The notes beneath the pieces were generated by a model. The model worked only from the letters and a program-made list of their open reading frames with translations. It searched no databases and was not told where the DNA came from. Positions 9,344 to 20,083 of a stretch of 64,000 nucleotides of DNA are shown here, piece after piece. Each line of letters begins with the position of its first letter. The first letter of the stretch is position 1. A program made the translations under genes and the position numbers. The stretch lies in contig JAFGGO010000129.1 in assembly GCA_016930515.1 (NCBI GenBank), forward strand, positions 1 through 64,000, read 5' to 3'. The DNA comes from Promethearchaeota archaeon (GTDB lineage Archaea > Asgardarchaeota > Lokiarchaeia > Sigyniarchaeales > SOKP01).

Positions 9344-10888
9344 TTGTTAATAAAATTACGCACTCGTTTCGAATCAATTCTGAGGATTAGTCATAAGTAC
9401 AAAATTTTAATTAAGCTACAGAATTTAGTCAACTTGGTAACAATGAACGATACGAACAATCAAGAATTAAAAGACTTATCGTTTATAAACGAAATAAAAT
9501 CAATGGCCGTGATCGGAACTTCTCAAAAACGTGAATTCTTTTTCTTAATGAGCCATAAAGAGAATTTTAAGGGAAACATTTACGCAATTCACCCAAAATT
9601 AAATCAAATTCCCGGATTTGATAATGGTTCGGAAGGTAGGATATTTTCTTCTTTGAAAGATGTTCCAGAAGACATCGATTACGCATATATAACGGTTCCA
9701 CCTTCGCAAATATTAGATGTAATGAGCGATTGTGTCAAAAAGGGAGTCAAACTAGCTAGTATTTTTACAGCAGAGTTCTCGGATTCTGGTACACATGAGG
9801 GCGAGGCGCTTGAAAAAGACTTACTTAAGAAGGCTGACAATAAAGTGAGATTATTAGGTCCAAATGGCATGGGCATGTATTATCCAAGGTTAGGAATCGC
9901 ATGGAGATATAAATTTCCAACCACCATTGGAAACATTGGATTCATATCTCAATCGGGTGGTATAAGCAATTTAGTAATATATTCGTCCATAAATTTAGGA
10001 ATTGCTTTTTCCAAGGTATTTTCTTTCGGAAACGGGGCTGATGTCGATTTTGTCGATCTTTTAAACTATCTTGAAAACGACAATGAGACGGAGATCATAA
10101 CATGCTATCTGGAAGGAATAAAACCCGAACGAGGAGAAGCGTTAAAACGCGTTCTAACAAGCTTGAAAAAACCGCTTATCGTTGTTAAAGGAGGTAGGAC
10201 AAAGGCGGGTTCGAAAGCAGCACAAACTCATACGGCAGCAATTTCAGGAAGTGAGAAAGTTTGGGACGCACTATTCGATCAATATAACATAATTAGAGTG
10301 GACACCATCGAACAATTATTGCACGCTGCCAAGCTCATGGACTTTTATGGCCTTTTTAATGTGAAAAACGTTGCGCTTTTTAGCATTAGTGGTGGCTATG
10401 GTGTAGTCCTCGCAGACTTGCTCGAAAAATACGGTTTAAAGGTCCCACAATTTAGCCCAAATATACAACAGAAACTTAAAGAAAAGTTTTTTACTCTTGG
10501 AACAAGCTCGAGAAATCCCTTGGACGTTTCAACTCAAGTGTTTGCAACCGAGAGTATGAGAGACATATTGGATATCGCCTTATCTGACGATAAAATCGAT
10601 GCATTAATCATGGACTTGCCAAGCTGGTATTTAAATCAAGACTACCACATCAGGAAGAATTCTGGATTCGAGAAAGGAATTTTAGAAGCCTTTACATCCT
10701 TGAAACAGCTCAATAAGGTTGTGGTCGTGATAATTCAGACCGCAAATTGCCTGGAAGATAAGACTCGAGCGGTTAAATTTTTAACGGAGCAAGGGATTCC
10801 CGTGTTTGAAAATCCGCTAGAATTCGTTGAATTACTTTCGAAGATTTCTAAATATACACAAAAAAAAAATGCTCGTTCTGCAATTTAA
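9344..10888 (+). CDS. ADP-forming acyl-CoA synthetase alpha-type / CoA-binding protein (true start probably the ATG at 9443)
   Basis: AVIGTS, RLLGPNGMG, SQSGG, KGGRT...AAQTHTAAISG, NPLD motifs. Confidence 0.85.
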   Translation: MLIKLRTRFESILRISHKYKILIKLQNLVNLVTMNDTNNQELKDLSFINEIKSMAVIGTSQKREFFFLMSHKENFKGNIYAIHPKLNQIPGFDNGSEGRIFSSLKDVPEDIDYAYITVPPSQILDVMSDCVKKGVKLASIFTAEFSDSGTHEGEALEKDLLKKADNKVRLLGPNGMGMYYPRLGIAWRYKFPTTIGNIGFISQSGGISNLVIYSSINLGIAFSKVFSFGNGADVDFVDLLNYLENDNETEIITCYLEGIKPERGEALKRVLTSLKKPLIVVKGGRTKAGSKAAQTHTAAISGSEKVWDALFDQYNIIRVDTIEQLLHAAKLMDFYGLFNVKNVALFSISGGYGVVLADLLEKYGLKVPQFSPNIQQKLKEKFFTLGTSSRNPLDVSTQVFATESMRDILDIALSDDKIDALIMDLPSWYLNQDYHIRKNSGFEKGILEAFTSLKQLNKVVVVIIQTANCLEDKTRAVKFLTEQGIPVFENPLEFVELLSKISKYTQKKNARSAI

Positions 10889-10970
10889 ATGAGTTTATTT
10901 TATCATTTACATACAATTAAATAAAAAAATGTTTTATTTCATGTTCTATCATAAATAATTAGGGGACGGA

Positions 10971-11580
10971 TTGCTTTTAAAAAGCGTTCAGACTAGGGAA
11001 GATGCCGAACCAGCTGCATCTCTCTTGAAGGTAGTTTTTAACGAAGAACCAAGCGTTGTTCGTTTGTACAAGAGCCTATATTATCACTATCAACTAGCGA
11101 ATCACGACTATTTCTTATTCATTAAGGACGAGAGCAGAAAATAGTCGTGTCTACTATTGAGAAAATACGGAACGAAGAAAAAAATGAAAGATGCAAAGAA
11201 AAATTTGGACTTGGGGCACGAGAGATGCAAGATGATTGAAGATTCGCCCAAGTCATTTATCGTTGCATTTAAAGGGCTTTCTTACGTAGGAGGCATTGAG
11301 CTGGGATGCGCTTAAAATAGGACTAATCGAGGAGGTCGTCCCGAACGAAATATTTCTGGAAAGAGCCATCGAGCTCGCAAGAGCTATTGCTAAAGGTTGT
11401 CCAACTTCCACGGCATTGAGTAAAAAAGCGATGAACGAGGGAATAGCATTAACTCTTAACGAGGCGTTAGAAAAAGAAAAATTCTACTTTATAGAAAACA
11501 TACTCACATTAGAATGGAACTAAGGCTTTTTGCTTTTATTGAAAAGAGAGATACAAATTTCAAGCAATTAGGATGTGAAT
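10971..11580 (+). pseudogene. Degenerate region: GNAT-like N-terminal fragment followed by an enoyl-CoA hydratase remnant with internal deletion
   Basis: IEDSPKSFIVAFKGLSYVGGIELGCA* jumps out of frame to DALKIGLIEEVVP...SKKAMNEG; the central crotonase segment is missing and there are premature stops. Confidence 0.65.
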
Positions 11581-11725
11581 AAGAAGATTGAGCAATTATT
11601 AAATGCGACGCAATTGCTTAAACCTCGTTATTAATTGGAATTTACTTTCTTATTTGTTAATTTTTTCTTTCCTTGAAGACTTTAAATAAGTTAATTTTTT
11701 AACCAAGGACAATTTATTTTAGAAC

Positions 11726-12553
11726 ATGAATGAAATCAGGATCGATAGTTGGAACCAATTAAACGACGAGTTGTTCAAGGGATGGTGGACACCAAAGATA
11801 AGACGATTTCGGGCCCCTCTTGCGTATCGAGGGGTATCAAACAGTACCTATTGCTTGGAAACTTCGCTCATGAGATTAGGAGGAAAATACGCGAAAATCG
11901 AACCACACTTGCTCAGGAACTTTAAAAAATACGCTGGAAAGGAGATCGCAAGATATTCTCGGCAGGATGTCTCGAAATTTAACTCTATATGGCATTGGTT
12001 GATAGTTGGACAGCATCACGGCCTTCCAACGAGGTTGCTTGACTGGACTTATTCCCCGCTCGTTGCGTTATACTTTGCTACGAGCAATTTAGAGAAAACG
12101 AATAAAGACGGCGCCATATGGGTTGTAAATTTCATCGAATGCAGCAAGTACCTACCCGAAAAAGTAATGAAACCGTTATTCAATAGCGATTCTAGAGTAC
12201 ACTCGATTGAGCTGCTCGAAGAGACATTCTCGGGAACCCTCAAAGCGTTAAAAAACCTTGAAACAGCCAGCGATGAAGAATACGCCATATTTCTTGAACC
12301 CCCATCGATAGACGATAGAGTGGTCAATCAATTCGCCATGTTTTCTTTCATGTCGAATCCCAAAACTTGCATGGACGATTGGCTACAAAAATATCCTGAA
12401 GAGCGGCTCTGGCGAAAAATAATCGTTCCTTCAGAACTCAAGGTCGAAATTCGTGATAAACTTTCTCAATCAAACATCAACGAAAGAACCATGTTTCCCG
12501 GACTTGACGGAATATGTCGCTGGTTATGCCATTATTACGCACCTGGAAAATGA
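11726..12553 (+). CDS. FRG-domain protein
   Basis: AYRG, QHHGLPTRLLDWTYSPLVALYFA, RVVNQ, MFPGLDG. Confidence 0.9.
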   Translation: MNEIRIDSWNQLNDELFKGWWTPKIRRFRAPLAYRGVSNSTYCLETSLMRLGGKYAKIEPHLLRNFKKYAGKEIARYSRQDVSKFNSIWHWLIVGQHHGLPTRLLDWTYSPLVALYFATSNLEKTNKDGAIWVVNFIECSKYLPEKVMKPLFNSDSRVHSIELLEETFSGTLKALKNLETASDEEYAIFLEPPSIDDRVVNQFAMFSFMSNPKTCMDDWLQKYPEERLWRKIIVPSELKVEIRDKLSQSNINERTMFPGLDGICRWLCHYYAPGK

Positions 12554-12567
12554 GGTATAAATAATTT

Positions 12568-13710
12568 ATGAACGCGTTTCAAATAGCAACTGTCCGACCT
12601 CCAACGGAGAACTTTAGCTTAGCCATTAACACCCATTCCTATTGCCCGTGGGGAAAGTGTGCTTTTTGCCCTGGTCATTTATTCGAAGAGGAGCTTCAAT
12701 TTAAAAGAAGAACGCTTGAAGAGGTTATTAACGATATAAATAATGCTCGGGACTTAAATCATGAGTTATTAAACGAAGGTCCCGTGAATCAAGCTTCGAT
12801 GTTTAAAGTAATTTCGAAATATCAAAACTTAAACGAATGCGTGTTGCATTTAGCATACTGGCATTTATACACGAATGCAACGACCGCATTTTTGGGGGGA
12901 GCGAATCCCCTTTTATATAAAAAAGAATTTCTAACAGGAGTTCTTTCGTACCTTAAAGCAACATTTCCGTCAATAAAGAGAATAACGAGTTACGGAAGGA
13001 CGCGTACAGCTTCCAAGAAAAAAAATGCTTATTTTAAAGCACTTCACGAAGAAGGTTTAGATCGGATACATGTGGGTTTGGAATCGGGTTCGGATAAAGT
13101 GTTGGAATTTATCAACAAGGGGGTTACAAGCGAGCAACACATCTTAGGCGGCTCCAACATCAAACAAGGTGGCATTTCCTTGTGTTCCTATGTAATGCCA
13201 GGATTAGGAGGTAAAAAATGGAGCGAGGAACATGCCTTAGAAACTGCTCGAGTAATCAACGAGCTTGAACCAGATTTCGTTAGGCTAAGAACGCTTGAGA
13301 TTTTTCCCAAAACACCCCTGCATCAAAAGCTCTGGTCAGGTGAATTCGAGGAATTAAAGGAAGAGGAAGTTGTCAAGGAAGAGCGCTTGCTCGTAGAAAA
13401 CATCGAATGTGAAACTACGATCACAAGCGATTCAGCCGCAAACCTTTTAACAGATATATGGGGCGATTTACCCCGCGATAAGAATAAAATATTACGGGTC
13501 ATTGATAACTATTTAGATTTAGATTCCAAGCAAAAGATCGAGTTTAGCTTGAAAAGGAGAGGCGAAGCATTTAGCAGCCAATATGGAGGATTATCCAGCG
13601 ATATTATAGAGAAGATCGAAAAATTAAAGGAATTTTCTTCAAATAACGACGATTATTACGCTGAGATGGCACATTTAATTAGATTTATTCGCGCGAAACT
13701 CATCCCATAA
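12568..13710 (+). CDS. Radical SAM protein
   Basis: RPP...CPWGKCAFC, HVGLESGSD, MPGLGG. Confidence 0.9.
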   Translation: MNAFQIATVRPPTENFSLAINTHSYCPWGKCAFCPGHLFEEELQFKRRTLEEVINDINNARDLNHELLNEGPVNQASMFKVISKYQNLNECVLHLAYWHLYTNATTAFLGGANPLLYKKEFLTGVLSYLKATFPSIKRITSYGRTRTASKKKNAYFKALHEEGLDRIHVGLESGSDKVLEFINKGVTSEQHILGGSNIKQGGISLCSYVMPGLGGKKWSEEHALETARVINELEPDFVRLRTLEIFPKTPLHQKLWSGEFEELKEEEVVKEERLLVENIECETTITSDSAANLLTDIWGDLPRDKNKILRVIDNYLDLDSKQKIEFSLKRRGEAFSSQYGGLSSDIIEKIEKLKEFSSNNDDYYAEMAHLIRFIRAKLIP

Positions 13711-13924
13711 AAACTTTGATTTTATAAAATATCTTTAATTACTTATCACTTTTTTATCCTATTTAAAAATATATTAAAGGTTATTATTAGAACCAATTTT
13801 TTAAGAAAAAAATTTCCAAAATTATTCCATGAGCTTGAAAAAGCCAAAGCTTAATAGGTTGTAATCATTAAATATACATAATTCTTATAGAATTAACCTT
13901 GTTTATTCTAGAATTACAAGTAAA

Positions 13925-14173
13925 TTGGTTTTAAAATTGGTAAATGGAACAGTAAAATGGTTTAACAACCGTAAAGGTTACGGATTTATTAATTCCGAAG
14001 ATGGAAATGATGTGTTCGTTCATTTTTCTGCGATCAACGCAGATGAAGGCGAATTTAAGTCGTTAAATGAAAACGATAAGGTCGAATTTGAGGTTGTTGA
14101 TGGTGATAAAGGACCACAAGCAAATAATGTGGTTGTTATTGAACGAGCTCCTCGACAATTCCGACAAAGATAA
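13925..14173 (+). CDS. Cold-shock domain protein
   Basis: [31 protein letters not shown]. Confidence 0.95.
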   Translation: MVLKLVNGTVKWFNNRKGYGFINSEDGNDVFVHFSAINADEGEFKSLNENDKVEFEVVDGDKGPQANNVVVIERAPRQFRQR

Positions 14174-14314
14174 TTGATAAGCGAACGAATAAATCGATTA
14201 ATAAATTAAAAGCTAAAAATTAAAGTAAATAAGAATTCAGTAAAATCTTTACGGGATTGTTATTGAACTTTACTTCTTTTTTATCCTATCTTTCTTTTCT
14301 TAATTAATATTATT

Positions 14315-15163
14315 TTAGGATTTATCAAATTTAGTTTTCTGAGCTATTTTTAATTCCTTGGAAAACCGCATGAAGCCTCTGACTAATTTCATCGTTGAGT
14401 AACCCTTGATAATTTCTCCATTTTTCCTGCAAGAAGGTATCGCAAAGGGTAAGACTGCCCTGCAACTCTTTTCTATATTATTCATCACATTTTTTTTTAG
14501 CAATTCCATTTCAAGATCGAAGTCTTCTTTTTTCTTCCAAGATTCGAGAAGACTAGTTCTGCGATTCAAATTTGTATCAATCATTCCAGGAAAAAAGATA
14601 TTAATCTTAATGTCTTGCTTATTTTGCTTGAACTCTCTTGCTAAACATCTCGAGAAAGCGAGAACGCCAGCTTTTGATGCGGAATAGATGGTCATGTTTT
14701 CTTGTGGTTTTTCAGCTCCAGCCCCAGCCAACGTGATTATTCTCCCATAACCCTGTTCTTTCATATAAGGAAGGACGGCGGCGATTGAATCAATAGTACC
14801 TATTAAATTTGTTCCAATTACATCTTTTGCGTTAGCATCGACCTGTTCAAAAGGAATATATTCAAAGGGACCATATGTATGGTTGATACCAGCATTTGCC
14901 ACGAGCACGCGTACTGATCCAAACGCATTTATTGTTTTTTTCACGAAAGAATTTATGGATGATGGATCCTTTACATCACAAGCGCTCCCAATAATATTTT
15001 GACTTCCATATAGTTCTAATTCTTTGAGTGTCTTCTCAACATTCGCCTCGTTTCGAGAAAAAATAGCAATCTTGCATCCTTCTTTCAAAAAGATTTTAGC
15101 TATTTGTTTTCCAATTCCACTAGTGGATCCAGTAATAATTGCAGTCTCATTTTTCATACTCAT
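14315..15163 (-). CDS. Classical short-chain dehydrogenase/reductase
   Basis: TGSTSGIG, NAG, YSASK. Confidence 0.9.
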   Translation of the reverse strand: MSMKNETAIITGSTSGIGKQIAKIFLKEGCKIAIFSRNEANVEKTLKELELYGSQNIIGSACDVKDPSSINSFVKKTINAFGSVRVLVANAGINHTYGPFEYIPFEQVDANAKDVIGTNLIGTIDSIAAVLPYMKEQGYGRIITLAGAGAEKPQENMTIYSASKAGVLAFSRCLAREFKQNKQDIKINIFFPGMIDTNLNRRTSLLESWKKKEDFDLEMELLKKNVMNNIEKSCRAVLPFAIPSCRKNGEIIKGYSTMKLVRGFMRFSKELKIAQKTKFDKS

Positions 15164-15285
15164 AAAATTTTCACTATCATGTTTGTTATTGTAGCTAGGT
15201 GAATAAAAAACCTTTAGAAGTAATAAGAATTTGTAGTATAAATAATAAATAGATTGAAGATTTCGAGAGAGGATATAGTACGGAA

Positions 15286-16215
15286 ATAAAGAGTATATGG
15301 ATCTGTGGTGTAGGGGGCGTAGGGGGACATTTTGGAGGACGAATCGCTCATTGCATTACAGAATATTATAAGAATAAGTACGAGGTTTATTTCCTAGCCC
15401 GAGGTGCCCATTTGGATGAGATTCAGAAAAATGGCCTTCAGCTCCACACTAACAACGGGAAAAAGCTCATTTGTCATCCTAATCTTGCTTCGAATTCCGT
15501 CAAGGAGTTTCCTTCTCCAGATTTATGTTTCATATGTGTGAAGAATTACGATTTGAAAGATCTCTTGTTGTTTATCCGTCCAAAATTAAAGAATGAAACA
15601 ATTATTGTTCCTTTAATGAACGGCGTGGACATTTACGAAAGAATTAGAAAAGAAATAAAGAATTGCGTATTATTACCCACTTGCGTATATGTGGGTTCCC
15701 ACATTGAACGGCCAGGAGTTGTTATCCAAACGGGAAAGGAAGGTTTTATTTTTTGTGGACCTGATCCATCTCATCTTGACTTTAAACCCCATATCATGCT
15801 TGGTTTTTTTAAAGACATGAATATCGACATAAAATGGATGAAAAACCCTTACCCTGCAATATGGGAAAAATATCTCCTCGTAGCGTCTTTTGCATTGGTA
15901 TGTACCCATGTGGGACAAAATTTTGGAGGAGTATTAGGAGATCCGGAACATATTCGCATACTAAAAGGCATCATGAAAGAGATAATTTCAATAGCAAATA
16001 AAAAAGGAATTTCTCTCCCAGAAGGCGTTATAGACAAAACAATTGATATATGCAGGGCTGTCCCAGATATAAAACCTTCCTATATGAGAGATGTTGAAAA
16101 AGGAACGAAAAACGAAGGAGATTTATTTGGAGGTGCCATAATCAAAATGGGTGAAGAAGTTGGCGTCCCAACACCATTAACACGGTCTATTTATACAATA
16201 ATGAGAGGAAAATAA
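15286..16215 (+). CDS. Ketopantoate reductase (PanE/ApbA) family; start codon uncertain or non-canonical
   Basis: Frame is open upstream of the ORF call and encodes ICGVGGVGGHFGG...FLARGAHL; also CVKNYD, LMNGVD, WEK, PSYMRD. Confidence 0.75.
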   Translation: MKSIWICGVGGVGGHFGGRIAHCITEYYKNKYEVYFLARGAHLDEIQKNGLQLHTNNGKKLICHPNLASNSVKEFPSPDLCFICVKNYDLKDLLLFIRPKLKNETIIVPLMNGVDIYERIRKEIKNCVLLPTCVYVGSHIERPGVVIQTGKEGFIFCGPDPSHLDFKPHIMLGFFKDMNIDIKWMKNPYPAIWEKYLLVASFALVCTHVGQNFGGVLGDPEHIRILKGIMKEIISIANKKGISLPEGVIDKTIDICRAVPDIKPSYMRDVEKGTKNEGDLFGGAIIKMGEEVGVPTPLTRSIYTIMRGK

Positions 16216-16221
16216 CCTATC

Positions 16222-16881
16222 ATGCCAAGTTCAATATTTTCGCACCAAGCGCCTTGTCTCCCCTTGAAAATAAAATATCCTAATAAATTTGATGGTACGG
16301 CACTTTGTTTGGCAAGTGTTATTCCTGATATATTTTTACTAGTAAATTACATACTTGGAGTGGATCTCCGCTTGATATCTCATAGTTTGATTGGACAATT
16401 GATATTGACGGTGCCTTTTACCATTTTAGCAACCGTGCTTTTTTGTAAGTATATAGGACCACTTTGTGCCCGCATTGCAAACGGAAAATGGTTTATACTA
16501 AAACCATTAAAATACTTTGGCGTAAATGATTGGAATTTATTGAAAAACAAGCAATTTAATCGGAGATTCTTTATTGTCGCTTCGTATTCAGCTCTGATAG
16601 GGGGGATAACTCATTTATTACTGGATTGGCCTTCGCATGCTCAGGTCGAGATATTGTATCCTTGGTTTGTGTGGACAAATCCAAACTTCCTGTTGGTCTC
16701 TATAACGGATTTTAGCACGATTCCGAAGGGTTCTGTAGATAGATTCTCGGGTTTAACGGTTTACTGGCTTTTATGGACGATTGAATCGTTCGTTGGATTA
16801 TTCATCTCCTTGTATTTTCTGAGATACATTAAAAATCGGGAATTAATCAAAAAATGGTACGGTTTTTCAGAATATAAATAA
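16222..16881 (+). CDS. DUF4184-like membrane protein (metal-dependent hydrolase-like)
   Basis: SH, PD, HS, THLLLD motifs with TM helices. Confidence 0.7.
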   Translation: MPSSIFSHQAPCLPLKIKYPNKFDGTALCLASVIPDIFLLVNYILGVDLRLISHSLIGQLILTVPFTILATVLFCKYIGPLCARIANGKWFILKPLKYFGVNDWNLLKNKQFNRRFFIVASYSALIGGITHLLLDWPSHAQVEILYPWFVWTNPNFLLVSITDFSTIPKGSVDRFSGLTVYWLLWTIESFVGLFISLYFLRYIKNRELIKKWYGFSEYK

Positions 16882-16970
16882 TGAAATTTTTTCGCATTGA
16901 GGCTTCAGAGAATACTTTTCATTTATTTAAATAAAATACTTAAACTAATAGCACATAAATTGAAGTATTA

Positions 16971-17978
16971 TTGAAAGAGGATATAATTGTGGAATTTAAA
17001 ATATTATACGAAGGAAAGGGAGAAATATTTTGTAAAAACACGCCATCCGAAATGAGAAAATGGACTAAAAACAATAAAGAACGAACTTTAAAAGACAAAC
17101 GAATGAATATTAAAGAAGCCGTGAGAAAGTTCGTAAAGCATGGAGATTATGTTGCAATTGGAGGTTTTGGACATGTGAGAATTCCAATGGTCGCAATATT
17201 CGAAATCGTCCGACAAAAAAAAAGGGATTTATGCGTTGCTGGGCATACTGCCGTTCAGGATATTGACGTTCTTATGGCAGGAGGGTGTGTTAAAGCCGTT
17301 GATATAGCATATGTAGTTGGGTTCGAGCTCAGAGGGCTTTCAAGCGTTCAAAGGCGCCTTTTTGAGAGCGGACAAGTTAAATTTTGCGAATATACTAACG
17401 GTGCTTTAGCATATCGCTTGCGAGCGGGGGCCCAAGGTGTCCCGTTCATTCCCGTTAAAGTTATGTTAGGAACCGACACATTAAAGTATTCCCCCGGAAA
17501 AGTAATCGAGTGCCCATTTACGGGCGAAAAAGTCTTATTGCTTCCATCCTTAAATCCAGATGTTCTCATCATGCACGCTCATAGGGCAGATAAGTATGGG
17601 AATGTGCAGATTGATGGAACAATCGTAAAAGACGACCTTCAGGCGAGAGCATCCAAGCGAGTTGTAGTAACCGTTGAAGAAATCATCGAAGAAGAAATAA
17701 TAAGGAAGGAGCCAGGAAGGACCATTATTCCTTTTTATATGGTCGATGCCGTTGTGGAACAACCATGGGGTTCTCACCCAGGAAACATGCCTTACAAATA
17801 TTATTTCGACCATGATTGGACGGAAGCTTGGTTAGCAGCGGGAAGAGCTGAAGATCCCACCATTTTAAAAGCATTCATGGAAGAATGGATCTATGGACTG
17901 GAAAATTTCGATCAATACCTCGCTAAATTAGGTCGAGATAGGTTAGAAAAGCTAAAAAAAGCAGAGGTACGAAAATAA
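16971..17978 (+). CDS. Family I CoA-transferase subunit A (glutaconate CoA-transferase-like)
   Basis: IGGFG, RAGAQGVPF, ADKYGN, PWGSHP. Confidence 0.9.
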   Translation: MKEDIIVEFKILYEGKGEIFCKNTPSEMRKWTKNNKERTLKDKRMNIKEAVRKFVKHGDYVAIGGFGHVRIPMVAIFEIVRQKKRDLCVAGHTAVQDIDVLMAGGCVKAVDIAYVVGFELRGLSSVQRRLFESGQVKFCEYTNGALAYRLRAGAQGVPFIPVKVMLGTDTLKYSPGKVIECPFTGEKVLLLPSLNPDVLIMHAHRADKYGNVQIDGTIVKDDLQARASKRVVVTVEEIIEEEIIRKEPGRTIIPFYMVDAVVEQPWGSHPGNMPYKYYFDHDWTEAWLAAGRAEDPTILKAFMEEWIYGLENFDQYLAKLGRDRLEKLKKAEVRK

Positions 17979-18012
17979 AACAAAAATGATTTCTATTTTA
18001 AGGAGTTAAGCA

Positions 18013-18804
18013 ATGTTAAACAATAATATAAATGAAGGCTACACACTTAAGGAATTGATGGCTTGTGTCGCCTCAAGACAACTCAAGAACGGTAAATCGG
18101 TTGCTGTTGGTACAGGAATTCCCTTAGTTTCTGCCATGCTCGCTCAACAAACTCACGCACCAGATTTAGTAATCTTTTTTGAAGCCGGAAGTGTGGCACC
18201 ACAATTAGTTTCACTTCCTATTTCTGTAGGAGATTCTCGCACGCTTCACAAGGCAATGTTCGCAACAAGTTTAGTAGACATAATGGATTCCATGCGAAGA
18301 GGATTCATTGATTACGCATTTTTATCTGCGGCACAAATCGACAAGTACGGAAACCTCAATTCAACAATGATAGGAAGCGATTATATCAAGCCTAAAGTAA
18401 GACTTCCTGGTTCTGGGGGAGCAAACGATTTTGCCTCGCTGGCTTGGGAGATCATTATTATAATGGATAGACATAGTCCAGAAAGATTCGTCGAAAAAGT
18501 AGATTTTATTACATCCCCTGGTTATCTTAATGGTCCAGGTGCCAGAGAAAGCGCAGGTTTATCGGAAAACACGGGACCATCGAGAGTTGTTACTGATTTA
18601 GGTTTGTTCGATTTTCATCCAAAGTCAAAACGAATGAGGCTTATAGCAACACACCCAGGAGTAACGATAGAAGAGGTTGTCAACGCCACGGATTTTGAAT
18701 TGATTATTGCTGATCAAGTATCTAAATCCCTACCCCCAACAAAGGAGGAATTGCACATTCTTCACAATGTAATCGATACAGAAGGGAGAATATTTAATAA
18801 TTAA
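18013..18804 (+). CDS. Family I CoA-transferase subunit B
   Basis: VGTGIP, FEAG (catalytic Glu), QIDKYGNLNST, RLPGSGGA. Confidence 0.9.
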   Translation: MLNNNINEGYTLKELMACVASRQLKNGKSVAVGTGIPLVSAMLAQQTHAPDLVIFFEAGSVAPQLVSLPISVGDSRTLHKAMFATSLVDIMDSMRRGFIDYAFLSAAQIDKYGNLNSTMIGSDYIKPKVRLPGSGGANDFASLAWEIIIIMDRHSPERFVEKVDFITSPGYLNGPGARESAGLSENTGPSRVVTDLGLFDFHPKSKRMRLIATHPGVTIEEVVNATDFELIIADQVSKSLPPTKEELHILHNVIDTEGRIFNN

Positions 18805-19102
18805 TTTTTAATTTTTATTATTCGAAATTGAATTTCATCTTTTTTCTTGTTAAATTGATGTAGTATACAAATTTAAATGAAAAATTTTTCAAATTATTAA
18901 AATAAAAATTATAAATCACTCATATCCTAAAATAAATTATATACTAAACCCAAGTGAGAATAGTTAAGGTAGAAAAAGATTCTTTTTTACTCTCCTAAGC
19001 AAAATTTTATCGGGAAAATTTCAAAGAAAAAATTAATTAAGTACGTACAATTTCTTTCTTTTAACTTATATATAATAATTACTAAAAAGTAAGGAAATAA
19101 AA

Positions 19103-19390
19103 ATGAGCTATGATAAAGCGGGAAATTTTATAGAGAAACTCAACGAAACCTTTTCTGGATTCGTAGGTCAAGTTTTTGGCGATTCTGGTAAGGATTTTAT
19201 CGAAGAAACCTCTAAAAAGATTAAAGAGTTTTCGTCCGTATCGATAAAAAAATTCATGGAATTTACTGATGGCGTTTTAGAAAAACTTAACCTTCAAAAC
19301 AACGAGCAAGTCATGAAAGCAAGAGATTCAGTAGAAGACATGCTTAAACAAGCAGGCCTCTTAGAACAAGAGGACGAAGAAGATTTCTAG
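19103..19390 (+). CDS. Hypothetical helical protein with acidic tail
   Basis: Clean 95-aa ORF in AT-rich flanks. Confidence 0.7.
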   Translation: MSYDKAGNFIEKLNETFSGFVGQVFGDSGKDFIEETSKKIKEFSSVSIKKFMEFTDGVLEKLNLQNNEQVMKARDSVEDMLKQAGLLEQEDEEDF

Positions 19391-19493
19391 TTTTATAATT
19401 TTCTTTTATTTTTTAATTTCAATGAATTTAAAACCTTGATGGTTTAATTAAAGATTTTAAATAAGTGTAAGAAAATAGAAAGGAATGGTAAAT

Positions 19494-19745
19494 TTACAAG
19501 GCGTTATTCTTCTTAAGGAACGATTTTACTTGATCTGGAGTTGAGTTAAATAATTCTGCTATAACCATAAAGCAGATCGATTGATCCATGCCCATGCTTG
19601 AATAATCTTTGTATAACGAGATCCATGTTTCGTGCTTGGCGTATTCTTGAGGATGATTTTCTTGGATATGGTGCCAATAAGGTCTACTCAACATTTCACC
19701 ACAATATGGACATTCGCGGGCTTCTTCAGACACGATTCGTTTCAC
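19494..19745 (-). CDS. Small C2H2-type zinc finger protein
   Basis: CPYC-x8-HHIQENH. Confidence 0.7.
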   Translation of the reverse strand: MKRIVSEEARECPYCGEMLSRPYWHHIQENHPQEYAKHETWISLYKDYSSMGMDQSICFMVIAELFNSTPDQVKSFLKKNNAL

Positions 19746-20083
19746 TTCTTTTTGTAATGCAAAATAATGTTAAAATTGTTGTATATATCATTTCTATAAC
19801 GTTCTTTATTTAAAAATTTAGTTTTTTTAAAGTAATTATTTTTTATCTCTGGCTAATTTACCCATACATTTCGAATATTATTTGACAATTTTGATTTAAA
19901 AAATATTTAGATGATAAGTAAAACGATTAGAAGTATCTTTTAACTTTCTCTAAATCTAAAATAATCAATATTAATTCTACTGATTTCTTTTAAAAATTTA
20001 AACCATTTGATTGATTGAACTGAATGAGAAGAACTAAAAAAATAAATAAGTTAAATTAGTTGATCATACATATAACACAATAA

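Noticed and set aside
15254-15300. Second BHB intron joining TTG AAG ATT (MKI) to the panE frame
   Set aside because: Candidate helices (TTTC/GAAA, TTCG/CGGA) lack flanking stems, and the predicted cuts do not restore the frame.
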